From positions 1 through 27,005 of IMG/VR virus record IMGVR_UViG_3300037484_000265: 27,005 nt of DNA. One strand, written 5' to 3'. Shown here piece after piece: positions 8,950 through 16,916 of this stretch (its first letter is position 1; every line of letters begins with the position of its first letter). The notes beneath the pieces are model-generated. The model saw only the letters and a program-made list of their open reading frames with translations, had not been told where the DNA came from and did not search any database. Made by a program: the position numbers and the translations under genes. The stretch comes from a virus (Duplodnaviria; Caudoviricetes).

Positions 8950-9159
8950 TTAAAAGTGCCGTTCCCATGATCTGTCGTATTTTGTCGTGTCATACTTATT
9001 ACGGTTTTCTTCCAGCTTCAGGAAGAACTTTTCTCTGGCCTCAGCATCAGGTATATTCTTTGATACCATGATTACCGTTCTGTGGTCGATCCTCACGGGT
9101 TTTAAATCCCGATGAGATTCCTTCGTATGAAGGGTGCTGACAGTTAAATGGCGTGTCAT
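8950..9159 (-). CDS. Hypothetical protein
   Basis: 69 aa, ATGA-coupled to the upstream HTH gene. Confidence 0.65.
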   Translation of the reverse strand: MTRHLTVSTLHTKESHRDLKPVRIDHRTVIMVSKNIPDAEAREKFFLKLEENRNKYDTTKYDRSWERHF

Positions 9160-9356
9160 TTTATAAAGTATTCAGCAATCCGCTTGCCTGTTAATGTTTC
9201 GATTGTCCGGGCTGATATGATATTTCCCTTCTCCCTGAGCTGGTAAATCCTGCCCGATAGCCTAAGGCATCCGTACAGACGTAACGCCTCGAGTGATGTC
9301 AACGGCTTGCCTGATTTCAGGTGCCGTAAGATTTGTGTGTTTTGTGATTCATCCAT
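9156..9356 (-). CDS. Winged helix-turn-helix protein (HTH_39-like)
   Basis: Start re-called at ATG 9356. SQ..QIL.HL..G..LT.LEAL..YG..RL..RI..LR..G..I motif. Confidence 0.8.
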   Translation of the reverse strand: MDESQNTQILRHLKSGKPLTSLEALRLYGCLRLSGRIYQLREKGNIISARTIETLTGKRIAEYFIK

Positions 9357-9366
9357 TGTCGTAAGT

Positions 9367-9573
9367 TTATTCTTTTTCCGGCACTGAATCAACATTCCCG
9401 TACTTTTCAAGTAATGGTTTGACTTCTTCATCCAGGCCGTAACCTTTTTCAAGTAATACAACCGCATTATTAAGTTGATCCTTAGCAATCGGTAAAAGTG
9501 CTAATCCTAATCTTGCTACATTGTCAAGATTGTAGTTTGCATTTTGTAATTCTTCTAAAATTGTTACTGACAT
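9367..9573 (-). CDS. Hypothetical protein
   Basis: 68 aa with A-rich upstream TIR; fits operon packing. Confidence 0.65.
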   Translation of the reverse strand: MSVTILEELQNANYNLDNVARLGLALLPIAKDQLNNAVVLLEKGYGLDEEVKPLLEKYGNVDSVPEKE

Positions 9574-9621
9574 AGTTTTAATTTTTAGTTTGTAAATACT
9601 TATTAATCGTTTAAAGATTGT

Positions 9622-10035
9622 TTATTCATTTGCTTTAAGCTCTTTAATTTTTGATTGAAAATATTTAATTTTTTCTTCCAATTCGAAGCGGGAAAACTTA
9701 TACCCGGTTCGCTTATAAGATGCAGCCCTGAGTTTTAATCTATCAAACCTTACCAGTCCGATCTTCATAACCAGGTTATCCCGGTATTCAATAAGATTGC
9801 CGGATAGAAAATTATTACAGTGAATACATTGACCATGAACATTGTCTTCATCAAATCTCAGTCCCGGGTAATGTCCCGCATTATAAAAATGTCCGGCGTT
9901 CATAAGCCTTTCGGATTTAATCTGACCGCATGAGATACATTTAAAATGATCGCCTGACAAATCCCGGAGTCTTATGTATTCATTGAAGACTTGCTGGCAT
10001 TTAGTGATTAGCTGCGGAAGGGATTTGTTACTCAT
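9622..10035 (-). CDS. ninG: NinG/Rap family recombination endonuclease
   Basis: FNEYIRLRD, CISCG, AGHF, LRFDEDNVHGQC..CN..LSGN..EY. Confidence 0.9.
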   Translation of the reverse strand: MSNKSLPQLITKCQQVFNEYIRLRDLSGDHFKCISCGQIKSERLMNAGHFYNAGHYPGLRFDEDNVHGQCIHCNNFLSGNLIEYRDNLVMKIGLVRFDRLKLRAASYKRTGYKFSRFELEEKIKYFQSKIKELKANE

Positions 10036-10310
10036 TTCACAAACATCTTTACCAGGGCTTCATATTTCTGTCGGAAGTATGGAACTTTACCGGAAAGCTT
10101 TTCCCCGGCCTGAATGGTTATCGTTACCCTCGGAGGGCTGAATCCTGTGATCTCAGCGATCTCGCCGTTCTTTTTCCCGGCTGATTTGAGAACCATGCAG
10201 TAAAGCTGGCGGGCTTCAGGGAGGCTGCCGTATTTGAAGTTCGAATTAAACTCGTCCTCTGAGATCGAATAATCCCGGCAGATAGCTTCTATTAGTTTTT
10301 GTGTATTCAT
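10032..10310 (-). CDS. HTH DNA-binding protein resembling DnaA C-terminal domain
   Basis: IEAIC..Y.IS...EARQLYC.VL...EIAEITG pattern. Confidence 0.55.
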   Translation of the reverse strand: MNTQKLIEAICRDYSISEDEFNSNFKYGSLPEARQLYCMVLKSAGKKNGEIAEITGFSPPRVTITIQAGEKLSGKVPYFRQKYEALVKMFVK

Positions 10311-11008
10311 AGTAATCTTTTTAAATTTCGCTTCTGATCAATAAGGGTAAACTTTTTGAGTTCGTCAATGAGCGCAAGTAGTTTTTCTTTTGATGGTTCG
10401 GGTAAGTGATTATTTTTAGAGTCCGCACCAATATTAACTTTATTGGGATTGGCATATTCTATTAATTCAACCATTTCTTTTAAATCAAAATCCATGATGG
10501 GTTCAATAGTAACTTGCTTTTCATAACCCCAAATATTTGGATTTGCTAACCGGTGCATTTCTATTGCTCTTTCCCCCGTTACTGGAGCATTACCCATTTG
10601 TTCGTACCACCTGTTAGTTTCAATAGTAGTACATAAAATAGATCCGGCTGGGTAATAACCAAACCAAATGCAAAACTTACCTGGATTCTTTGTTTGAAAA
10701 TAATATCTATTATCAGGGTATTTATGACATTGATGAATTATATCAGAGGCAAATTTCAATGGCGTATACTTTGCAAACAAATCATTTTGAGCGCAAACAA
10801 ACCAAGTATTTCCGCTTCCGAGATTCTTATTCATTGCCTTTTCGTCAAGTCTCAATTTACCAGAATACTTCGCTTCAATAACTGGATATCTCATTAAACT
10901 ACAAGTGCTACAATAGATACACTTGTGAGGACATTCACCAGCAAGCGGATTCCATGTTTTAACACCAGGATACATATTCCCTTTTGATTCATTTGTTTTC
11001 ATAGTCAA
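10307..11008 (-). CDS. DUF5131 (Gp37/Gp68) radical-SAM-like protein
   Basis: TWNPLAGECPHKCIYC (CxxxCxxC), FVC..NDLF, FQTKNP, TIEP, IGA.S. Confidence 0.8.
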   Translation of the reverse strand: MTMKTNESKGNMYPGVKTWNPLAGECPHKCIYCSTCSLMRYPVIEAKYSGKLRLDEKAMNKNLGSGNTWFVCAQNDLFAKYTPLKFASDIIHQCHKYPDNRYYFQTKNPGKFCIWFGYYPAGSILCTTIETNRWYEQMGNAPVTGERAIEMHRLANPNIWGYEKQVTIEPIMDFDLKEMVELIEYANPNKVNIGADSKNNHLPEPSKEKLLALIDELKKFTLIDQKRNLKRLL

Positions 11009-11490
11009 ACTATTTCCTTCAATTTGTCGATATAAGTTACATCAGTGGCATACCGAATACCCCAAAGAAAAGCCAGATAATCTTCCGTTACCCACCCCCG
11101 ACTGATGTAATAATCCTGCCAGTATTTATAGTCTCGCACGGAATCCGTAAAGTGGACATATTGAGCGTGACCCCTGCATTCACCAACTGCTGACGTGCAC
11201 CGATACTTAGGCACTTTCATCCCGAATAAATTCTTACCGTATCGGAATATGTTGCTTGTAAACTCTGCCGTCTCGATCCGCGCCTGTCTGAATACTATCT
11301 CAGGCTCTTTAATGTCAAAGTACAGTATAACCTTCATCAGGTTTTCAGGACTGAACTCTAGCGAATAAGGGTCTGCAAAGAATAATTCACGTTCAACCCC
11401 GAATTTAATCTGGTCCCGTTGCTCTAGTCCTGTTGGTGGGCAGCTTGCCAGAAGCGGAAGCATACCGAATATCAAAAGTAGTTCTTTCAT
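11005..11490 (-). CDS. Glucosaminidase (GH73-like) domain lipoprotein
   Basis: Lipobox-like LLAS-C, QARIET catalytic Glu, NLFGMK, SVRDY, YATD..Y..KL. Confidence 0.75.
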   Translation of the reverse strand: MKELLLIFGMLPLLASCPPTGLEQRDQIKFGVERELFFADPYSLEFSPENLMKVILYFDIKEPEIVFRQARIETAEFTSNIFRYGKNLFGMKVPKYRCTSAVGECRGHAQYVHFTDSVRDYKYWQDYYISRGWVTEDYLAFLWGIRYATDVTYIDKLKEIV

Positions 11491-11939
11491 TTCTCATAGT
11501 TTAAATTTAGACCTAAATATATTGCTGGTTCCCATCTTAAAATGTCGGTACTTACCGCAAAGGCGAACCCCTTTATCCTGACCGCTAATCCCATCTCGAA
11601 GGAAAGCGGGTTAAATATCTTAGAATCAACGGTTGCCCCTTCCAATTTCGCCGATCCGATATGATGATAATTCAGCCCGGCAGTTAAATTAAACTGGTTT
11701 CCGTTGTAATCCGGCAGGGGCGGCATGATTCCGACAGTAGCCTTAATATGGTTGCGGACATCATTGCATTTGTAAACCCCGCCGTTGCCATAGCTCAGTG
11801 AGTTATAAACCCGGAGTCCTTTGACCGTATAGTCACAGCGAACCCCTAGCCCAAAGTCTGCGGGCTGGAATGATCCGTAAATAACCTGAGCCTGAAGTGT
11901 GGCCGGAAGTAAAAGTAAAAACATTAATAGTGGTTTCAT
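11487..11939 (-). CDS. Exported protein, probable small outer-membrane beta-barrel
   Basis: Signal peptide (LQA-Q), amphipathic strands (FGLGVRCDY, FNLTAGLNY, FEMGLAV), C-terminal IYLGLNLNY. Confidence 0.55.
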   Translation of the reverse strand: MKPLLMFLLLLPATLQAQVIYGSFQPADFGLGVRCDYTVKGLRVYNSLSYGNGGVYKCNDVRNHIKATVGIMPPLPDYNGNQFNLTAGLNYHHIGSAKLEGATVDSKIFNPLSFEMGLAVRIKGFAFAVSTDILRWEPAIYLGLNLNYEK

Positions 11940-12556
11940 TGTTTAAAATTTAATGTCTGCTGCATCTTATGAATCTCAAATCTCTTAACCGCTGCATTAT
12001 AGTACTCTTTGTCGATCTCACAGATAACCATTTCAGCTATTCCGAAGTCGTATCCCGCAATAGCCAGACTCATTGATCCGCCGTGAGTGTCAATGATCTT
12101 ATCAGTTGGTTTGGCATAGTTCTTTAGGAGCCATTTATAGAGTTGCACAGGCTTTTGAGTGGGATGGATTCTGTTAAATGTTTCACTTCGTTTTTTATAC
12201 TGTTTTAAGACTCTATCAAAACTTGTCCAAATCAATTCTCCATCACCATAATCGCCTCCTAATTCCTTTTGCCAATAAAGCCAACCTCTTGAAATTGGTA
12301 TTTTGTCAGTAAAATAATTTCCTCCAAAAATGATTTGATTCTTACTTATTCTTTTAAGTTCATTAAAATATTCTGCAGACGGTGGTTTATTATCCCAGTT
12401 TTTCTTTTTACCATTTGTTTTATTACTGCCCCGTGTTCTGCATTTTCCCCCATCTTCACCTATCCCATACGGTGGATCAACAATAGCCAGATCAAAGTAT
12501 TTATCCGGTATGTCCTTCATGTATTTAAGACAATCGATATTGAGCAAAGTGATCAT
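11936..12556 (-). CDS. DNA amino-methyltransferase (N6-A/N4-C, beta class)
   Basis: DLAIVDPPY (motif IV), HPTQKP, IIDTHGGSMS (motif I variant), CEID..YY. Confidence 0.9.
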   Translation of the reverse strand: MITLLNIDCLKYMKDIPDKYFDLAIVDPPYGIGEDGGKCRTRGSNKTNGKKKNWDNKPPSAEYFNELKRISKNQIIFGGNYFTDKIPISRGWLYWQKELGGDYGDGELIWTSFDRVLKQYKKRSETFNRIHPTQKPVQLYKWLLKNYAKPTDKIIDTHGGSMSLAIAGYDFGIAEMVICEIDKEYYNAAVKRFEIHKMQQTLNFKQ

Positions 12557-12723
12557 ATTTTTGTCCCGTTAAATAACCGCATAACCACATATAGATCACA
12601 GCCCTTAATTCCAAGCGTGAGTAATAAGTCACCACAGTACAGATCATATTTATCAGGCTCTTTCAGGTATGCCTTGTAAGTCCTGCGGGGTGTCGATGTT
12701 TCAAATGTAATCAGGTCGTTCAT
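12553..12723 (-). CDS. Small hypothetical protein (56 aa, not in ORF track)
   Basis: MNDLITFETSTPRRTYKAYL...FNGTKI. ATGA overlaps at both ends and fills the gap exactly. Confidence 0.7.
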   Translation of the reverse strand: MNDLITFETSTPRRTYKAYLKEPDKYDLYCGDLLLTLGIKGCDLYVVMRLFNGTKI

Positions 12724-12932
12724 TGTTCGTTTGTAATATAAATCCTCAGTGCATCTTCACGCTGATCATCGGTCAGAAACTTTCTGATCTCAAACCATCC
12801 TAGCCACAGCGACCATTTATAAATCAGGTGAAATGCTGCGGGCTGCTTTGTCGGGTTGCCTTTGATGAACGCTAGTGTAAAACTATGTTCCGGCCAGTAA
12901 ACAAACTGATAAAGGTCAAAGTATTTTTTCAT
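12720..12932 (-). CDS. Hypothetical protein
   Basis: 70 aa, aromatic-rich, overlaps neighbours in the operon. Confidence 0.65.
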   Translation of the reverse strand: MKKYFDLYQFVYWPEHSFTLAFIKGNPTKQPAAFHLIYKWSLWLGWFEIRKFLTDDQREDALRIYITNEQ

Positions 12933-13785
12933 ATTGTTCTATTGCTTTAAATATTTCATAAGCTATTTGCGGGACTATTGCATTTCCGAGTGCTTTAATT
13001 CTGTCCACCCTATTGGAAATCCCATCATTTCTTCCACAAAGAGGGGACTGAGCTGGCCAAATTCCGGCTTTGCATATAAATTGTGTATTTTCACATTCAA
13101 ATCTGTTTCGGGGTTTATTCTGTGATGATTCTTCGATCTTGGGGATCTGTAATCCCGTGCTTTGGGTGTTGGTAACAAATTGTGAAACTGCATCCAGTTT
13201 ATCATATTGAACTGTCTTGAATTGTCCCCGTATTTTCTGCTCATTAATGGCAGTCCTTCGGTTTTTAATTTGATTACTTTCTCCGTTTTGTCTGGAGACT
13301 GCATTGATTGAGGTATAGGCAATAATCCAAAGTCTGTCCCTTCTATGTCTTGCGCCAACGGATACAGCTGGAATAATAAATTGTTCCGTTGTGTAGCCTT
13401 CACCTTCCAAATCAGCAATAATATTGTCGAGTTCCATGTCAATGATTCCAGGAACATTTTCGCCAACGACATAGGACGGTTTAATTTCCCGTATAACCCT
13501 AAGATATTCCGGCCAGAGGTGGCGGTCATCTGCCTTGCCTTTTCGCTTCCCGGCAACGGAAAAAGGTTGGCAAGGGAATCCACCTGTAAGGATGTCGATA
13601 AGTCCTCTGTACTTTGTCCCGTCAAATTCTTTAATGTCTCCATATCTTTTAACATTTGGAAAATTCTTCTCTAATACTTTCGTGCAGAACTTGTCAATCT
13701 CGACTTGAAAAATATTCTCCCATCCCATCCATTCAGCCGCCAAATCAAAACCACCAATGCCGGAAAAAAGTGAACCATGATTCAT
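12916..13785 (-). CDS. DNA cytosine-5 methyltransferase (motifs I-VIII and X)
   Basis: LFSGIGG (I), GGFPCQPFS (IV), ENV (VI), HRRDRLW (VIII), RIKALGNAIVP (X). No motif IX in this frame. Confidence 0.92.
   Translation of the reverse strand: MNHGSLFSGIGGFDLAAEWMGWENIFQVEIDKFCTKVLEKNFPNVKRYGDIKEFDGTKYRGLIDILTGGFPCQPFSVAGKRKGKADDRHLWPEYLRVIREIKPSYVVGENVPGIIDMELDNIIADLEGEGYTTEQFIIPAVSVGARHRRDRLWIIAYTSINAVSRQNGESNQIKNRRTAINEQKIRGQFKTVQYDKLDAVSQFVTNTQSTGLQIPKIEESSQNKPRNRFECENTQFICKAGIWPAQSPLCGRNDGISNRVDRIKALGNAIVPQIAYEIFKAIEQYEKIL
12975..13655 (-). CDS. Nested +1-frame ORF, putative beta subunit of the C5 methyltransferase (possible start ATG 13529)
   Basis: 226 codons open wholly inside the MTase gene. 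LLPIP/LLPTP..RD TRD-like motifs and motif IX-like LSPLFVEEMMGFPIGWT. Confidence 0.65.
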   Translation of the reverse strand: MLKDMETLKNLTGQSTEDLSTSLQVDSLANLFPLPGSEKARQMTATSGRNILGLYGKLNRPMSLAKMFLESLTWNSTILLLIWKVKATQRNNLLFQLYPLAQDIEGTDFGLLPIPQSMQSPDKTEKVIKLKTEGLPLMSRKYGDNSRQFNMINWMQFHNLLPTPKARDYRSPRSKNHHRINPETDLNVKIHNLYAKPEFGQLSPLFVEEMMGFPIGWTELKHSEMQ

Positions 13786-14435
13786 GTCCTTCGTGAATTT
13801 CCAAGTAACTCCATGATATTAAACATCTCTTTGAAGCGGTCAACGGTTTGTGCCCCGTATTTCTTCGTAAAAGTGTCGACCTTATAATTTGATGTTGCAA
13901 AAGTCAAAGCCCCGTTATCGTACCTCGAGGCGAATAGTTCCAGGATCGGCCTCTGGATCGTACCGTAATTATTGACGTATTCTTGTTCTTTTCCGAGGTC
14001 ATCGATAAGTAAATACTTACTGTTATACTCAGTCGTTTCCTCTTTCACGAGAATCTTATTCAGGTCCTGAGCCAAAAACGGAAGAAATATCTTGCCAGTT
14101 AATAGTTCGATTATCCCGGCGAAACCTTTAAGCAGGATCGTCTTTCCTGTTCCTAGCCCTCCGAGTAGCAGGATTCCCTTCTGAAGATCGCCCCGGAAAC
14201 CTTCCGAGAAAGTAAGGTAATGAAACAAGTCATCAATGACAATCTCATTTTCCTTATCAATTTTAAATGGCTTAAATATCCTTCGTATGATCAATGCCCT
14301 GGTACATTCGAGAATCAACAGCTCCCGGAAGTCGGGAAAATTTAAACCTGGTGCTGAGGGCCGTTTTTTCATTGCGTCAATCCTGTCGGATTCAATCGTG
14401 AACTTCATCTTTGAAATAACTTCATCAATTTTCAT
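13782..14435 (-). CDS. DnaC/IstB-like AAA+ ATPase (helicase loader)
   Basis: Walker A GGLGTGKT, Walker B LLIDDLG.E, TSN sensor, YG...DRF.EM. Confidence 0.88.
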   Translation of the reverse strand: MKIDEVISKMKFTIESDRIDAMKKRPSAPGLNFPDFRELLILECTRALIIRRIFKPFKIDKENEIVIDDLFHYLTFSEGFRGDLQKGILLLGGLGTGKTILLKGFAGIIELLTGKIFLPFLAQDLNKILVKEETTEYNSKYLLIDDLGKEQEYVNNYGTIQRPILELFASRYDNGALTFATSNYKVDTFTKKYGAQTVDRFKEMFNIMELLGNSRRT

Positions 14436-14438
14436 AGT

Positions 14439-14564
14439 CTATGTTTTTACTTTGCTTAAAAAATTAGCTATCGGGATAATGTGTTTTTTATTAATCGGAT
14501 AACTGCCATTTAGTCTCAGCCTCCTGATTATAAAATACCACTTTATGAATCGAATAAGCCTCAT
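14439..14564 (-). CDS. Small basic hypothetical protein (41 aa, not in ORF track)
   Basis: MRLIRFIKWYFIIRRLRL...SKVKT fills the gap between initiator and loader. Confidence 0.45.
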   Translation of the reverse strand: MRLIRFIKWYFIIRRLRLNGSYPINKKHIIPIANFLSKVKT

Positions 14565-14578
14565 TTATCTTTCAATAT

Positions 14579-15241
14579 TTAATAGTCGGTATCTTTAATT
14601 CCCTTGTTGTTGTTAAAAGTCTTTTTCTCAAAAACAGTAAAATACATTATTTGCTGCGGATCTTTTTTCCTGAGTTTTAATATAGACAGAAAGTTAGTTT
14701 TCCAGAAATCATCTATCCTGGTTCGTTTAATAATATTTTTTATATGCTCAGGTTTATGTCCGTCAATTCGAATAAGTTTATCAAGCGTATCACACCAATC
14801 CTGTTTTTGTTTTTCGGTTTTAGGTCTACAATTCTCATCAAAAAAAATCACAACTTCATTATAAAGATTTTCGATTTCTTTATCAATTACAATTATATCT
14901 TTATTTACATCTTCATTTTCATTTTCCATATGTGGGTCCATATGTGGGTCCATATGAACACTTTTTTTTAAGTTTTTTCTTCTGCTTTCAGTATAGTTAT
15001 TACGTTTATTAGTTTCGATTACCATGCGTTTATTATAAAAATATCCATCTTCCTGGTAGAATTTGCACCAAATATCTTCATCTTTTTCGCCGCAAATTTT
15101 AAGCATATCTTTTTCAGTAAGTTTTCCATTCTGATGTTGCAGGCAAAGAAGCATTATGTATTTACCTCTCTGTTCATCTGTCATTAGAATAGTTCCGGTT
15201 ATAAAATCCTGTGTGTAAAATAAAACGGCTGGATCTTTCAT
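14579..15241 (-). CDS. Replication initiator protein (DUF1376/YdaU-like N-terminus)
   Basis: KDPAVLFY..DF..GT..M..EQRG.YI.LLC.Q N-terminus, repeat-containing linker, C-terminal DDFWKTNFLS..KLR. Upstream of the DnaC-like gene. Confidence 0.8.
   Translation of the reverse strand: MKDPAVLFYTQDFITGTILMTDEQRGKYIMLLCLQHQNGKLTEKDMLKICGEKDEDIWCKFYQEDGYFYNKRMVIETNKRNNYTESRRKNLKKSVHMDPHMDPHMENENEDVNKDIIVIDKEIENLYNEVVIFFDENCRPKTEKQKQDWCDTLDKLIRIDGHKPEHIKNIIKRTRIDDFWKTNFLSILKLRKKDPQQIMYFTVFEKKTFNNNKGIKDTDY
14925..14956. repeat. 12-bp tandem repeat (TCCATATGTGGG x2.7), putative iterons
   Basis: Three CATATG palindromes at 12-bp spacing inside the initiator gene, next to T-tracts at 14962-14978. Confidence 0.7.
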
Positions 15242-15258
15242 GATAAAAACCTAGTTAA

Positions 15259-15687
15259 TTATTTTATAGCCTTTTTAAGTTGATTGATTATCTGAGGAAT
15301 AGCATTTGAATGAAATGAATATCTACTAGTACCATTATTAGAATGTTCATCAAAAATACATGTATTAGGATATGTAAGAATTATGAACCTTTTCCCTTGT
15401 TCATTCTTAAATTTAAGTGTAGATATATCGTTAAAATTAACGGAAGATAAGTAAATACCGGGACTATTGTTGCTGATAGATAAATGGCAATCTTCACAAA
15501 TGGTAACGAGTTGAGAATTCTTATATCCCCACGGAGTATTGCCGTTTATATATTCTTTGTGGTGTACGTGAAGCGGAGTATCTTTGTCTCCGCAAAGTTT
15601 ACAGGTAAATTTATCTCGCTTCATAATCTGAAGCCGTTTTTTCTGCCAGCGTGGGTCTTTAAGAAGATCAGAATAAGTTTTACTCAT
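15259..15687 (-). CDS. HNH endonuclease
   Basis: LKDPRWQKKR..I..RD.F.C..CG, LHVHH..Y, L.TICEDCH. Confidence 0.85.
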   Translation of the reverse strand: MSKTYSDLLKDPRWQKKRLQIMKRDKFTCKLCGDKDTPLHVHHKEYINGNTPWGYKNSQLVTICEDCHLSISNNSPGIYLSSVNFNDISTLKFKNEQGKRFIILTYPNTCIFDEHSNNGTSRYSFHSNAIPQIINQLKKAIK

Positions 15688-15702
15688 AGCTTAAAATATA
15701 GA

Positions 15703-15831
15703 AAGCCAAGCCCCGGCCTGATTGGAAAAAGCGACAAAACTTGATCGAATGAAGTTACCGGGGCCGGCTTGTTTTTTAATTTTTCTATGTCTGTCATATC
15801 TTCATTCAATAATTTAAAAGTTTGTCGCTTT
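15703..15831 (-). ncRNA. Structured leader / candidate antisense regulatory RNA
   Basis: GC-rich stem 15758-15770 with 15703-15716 encloses a loop complementary both to 15800-15831 and to early-gene start regions. Mismatches are G-U only on the minus strand. Confidence 0.55.
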
Positions 15832-15834
15832 GTA

Positions 15835-15866
15835 CAAAGATAGTAATAATTCGGATAATTAACAGA
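15835..15866 (-). promoter_or_regulatory. Bacteroidota sigma-A type promoter
   Basis: -7 element TATCTTTG (15842-15835) matches TAnnTTTG. TCTG lies 20 nt upstream as an imperfect -33. Confidence 0.7.
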
Positions 15867-15874
15867 ATTATGAA

Positions 15875-16735
15875 TTATTTTTTCTCATTAAACATCTCAG
15901 GCTCCCCGGATTCTTTCCCTGCCGTCTTTTCCTTTTTCGTTTTCTGAACTGGATCAGTGACGACAGTAGCCTCCTGAATATCTTCAAACATCCCGGCGTA
16001 CTTATCTTCTTTTGACGGGGCCAGATCATTTATTTCATTTTCATAATCATGACTGATTGAAGCGATAAGCTGCTCGGAAAAGTTCGTTTTAGGCAGAAGT
16101 TTGAATAGTCTTTTGAGTGCTGATTTTTTCCACATTTCATCCTCCCATGTTTCCCATGGAGAGAACTTCCGGGCATCTTCATTCTTATAACTCTCCGATG
16201 TTGCCCTTATTTTTTCGATTTCTTCACGTCCGAGTATCTCGAATTGAAAGCCGCCATCACGAAGGAAAGCAATAGCATAAGCGCCGATTTTTTCACCTTT
16301 ATTCGAAAGTGCGGGCTGATGTTTGAAATATGGATCGGAACCACGCCTGTAATCGTACTTGTCATTCGAATAAATAACTCCGGCATCAACATTTTTCACA
16401 GCCCCGGCATCGGTTAGAATCTTTATCATCCCGATGTATGAAATATCAAGGATACATTTCAATTCACCTTTGATCTTCCGGGGAACCAGGTAAGCATACT
16501 TCAAAGCCGGGTTAAGTGTTATTCCTGTCAGTGCTACATTGACAATGGCGTGTTTAACGGACTCTGAATCACATTTCATCAGATAGGGATTATTCATCAA
16601 TATCTGAATAGCAAAGCCAGCTTCACGATTGAAGTTCATCTTGTAATCATTACTAGCTTCAAATTGTTTTTGTGCAGTGAAAACAAGTAACTTGCTCTCT
16701 TTCTCTCTTACTGCTAATTGTGTGTTGTTTTCCAT
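15875..16735 (-). CDS. recT: RecT family ssDNA-annealing protein
   Basis: A.TG.TLNP...AYLVPR, ISYIG...I, GAYA.A, EIEKIR..S, PW.TW..EM..K...KRL.K.LP. Confidence 0.9.
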   Translation of the reverse strand: MENNTQLAVREKESKLLVFTAQKQFEASNDYKMNFNREAGFAIQILMNNPYLMKCDSESVKHAIVNVALTGITLNPALKYAYLVPRKIKGELKCILDISYIGMIKILTDAGAVKNVDAGVIYSNDKYDYRRGSDPYFKHQPALSNKGEKIGAYAIAFLRDGGFQFEILGREEIEKIRATSESYKNEDARKFSPWETWEDEMWKKSALKRLFKLLPKTNFSEQLIASISHDYENEINDLAPSKEDKYAGMFEDIQEATVVTDPVQKTKKEKTAGKESGEPEMFNEKK

Positions 16736-16766
16736 GTTTAAATAATTAAGTGGTTAATACTAATTG

Positions 16767-16916
16767 TTATTTATGTTCTTTTACTTTCGCATCAAAATAA
16801 TAAGCAAGCATAATTTTTATTTGCTCCCCTTCCTCGCCAAATGGCGCAATACCAAATGACCATGTAAGTAATTTTTCTGCAATAAAAAGTCTGATTTCTT
16901 TTTTCAGTTCTTTCAT
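16767..16916 (-). CDS. Small hypothetical protein (49 aa, not in ORF track)
   Basis: MKELKKEIRLFIAEKLLTW...KEHK. ATGA overlap with the exonuclease stop. Confidence 0.6.
   Translation of the reverse strand: MKELKKEIRLFIAEKLLTWSFGIAPFGEEGEQIKIMLAYYFDAKVKEHK

Noticed and set aside
9357-9488. N-terminal extension of ORF 9156..9488
   Set aside because: It overlaps the 9367..9573 gene, and the HTH domain begins at ATG 9356.
14925-14956. CRISPR-like array
   Set aside because: Contiguous 12-bp tandem units without spacers inside a CDS, and no cas genes.
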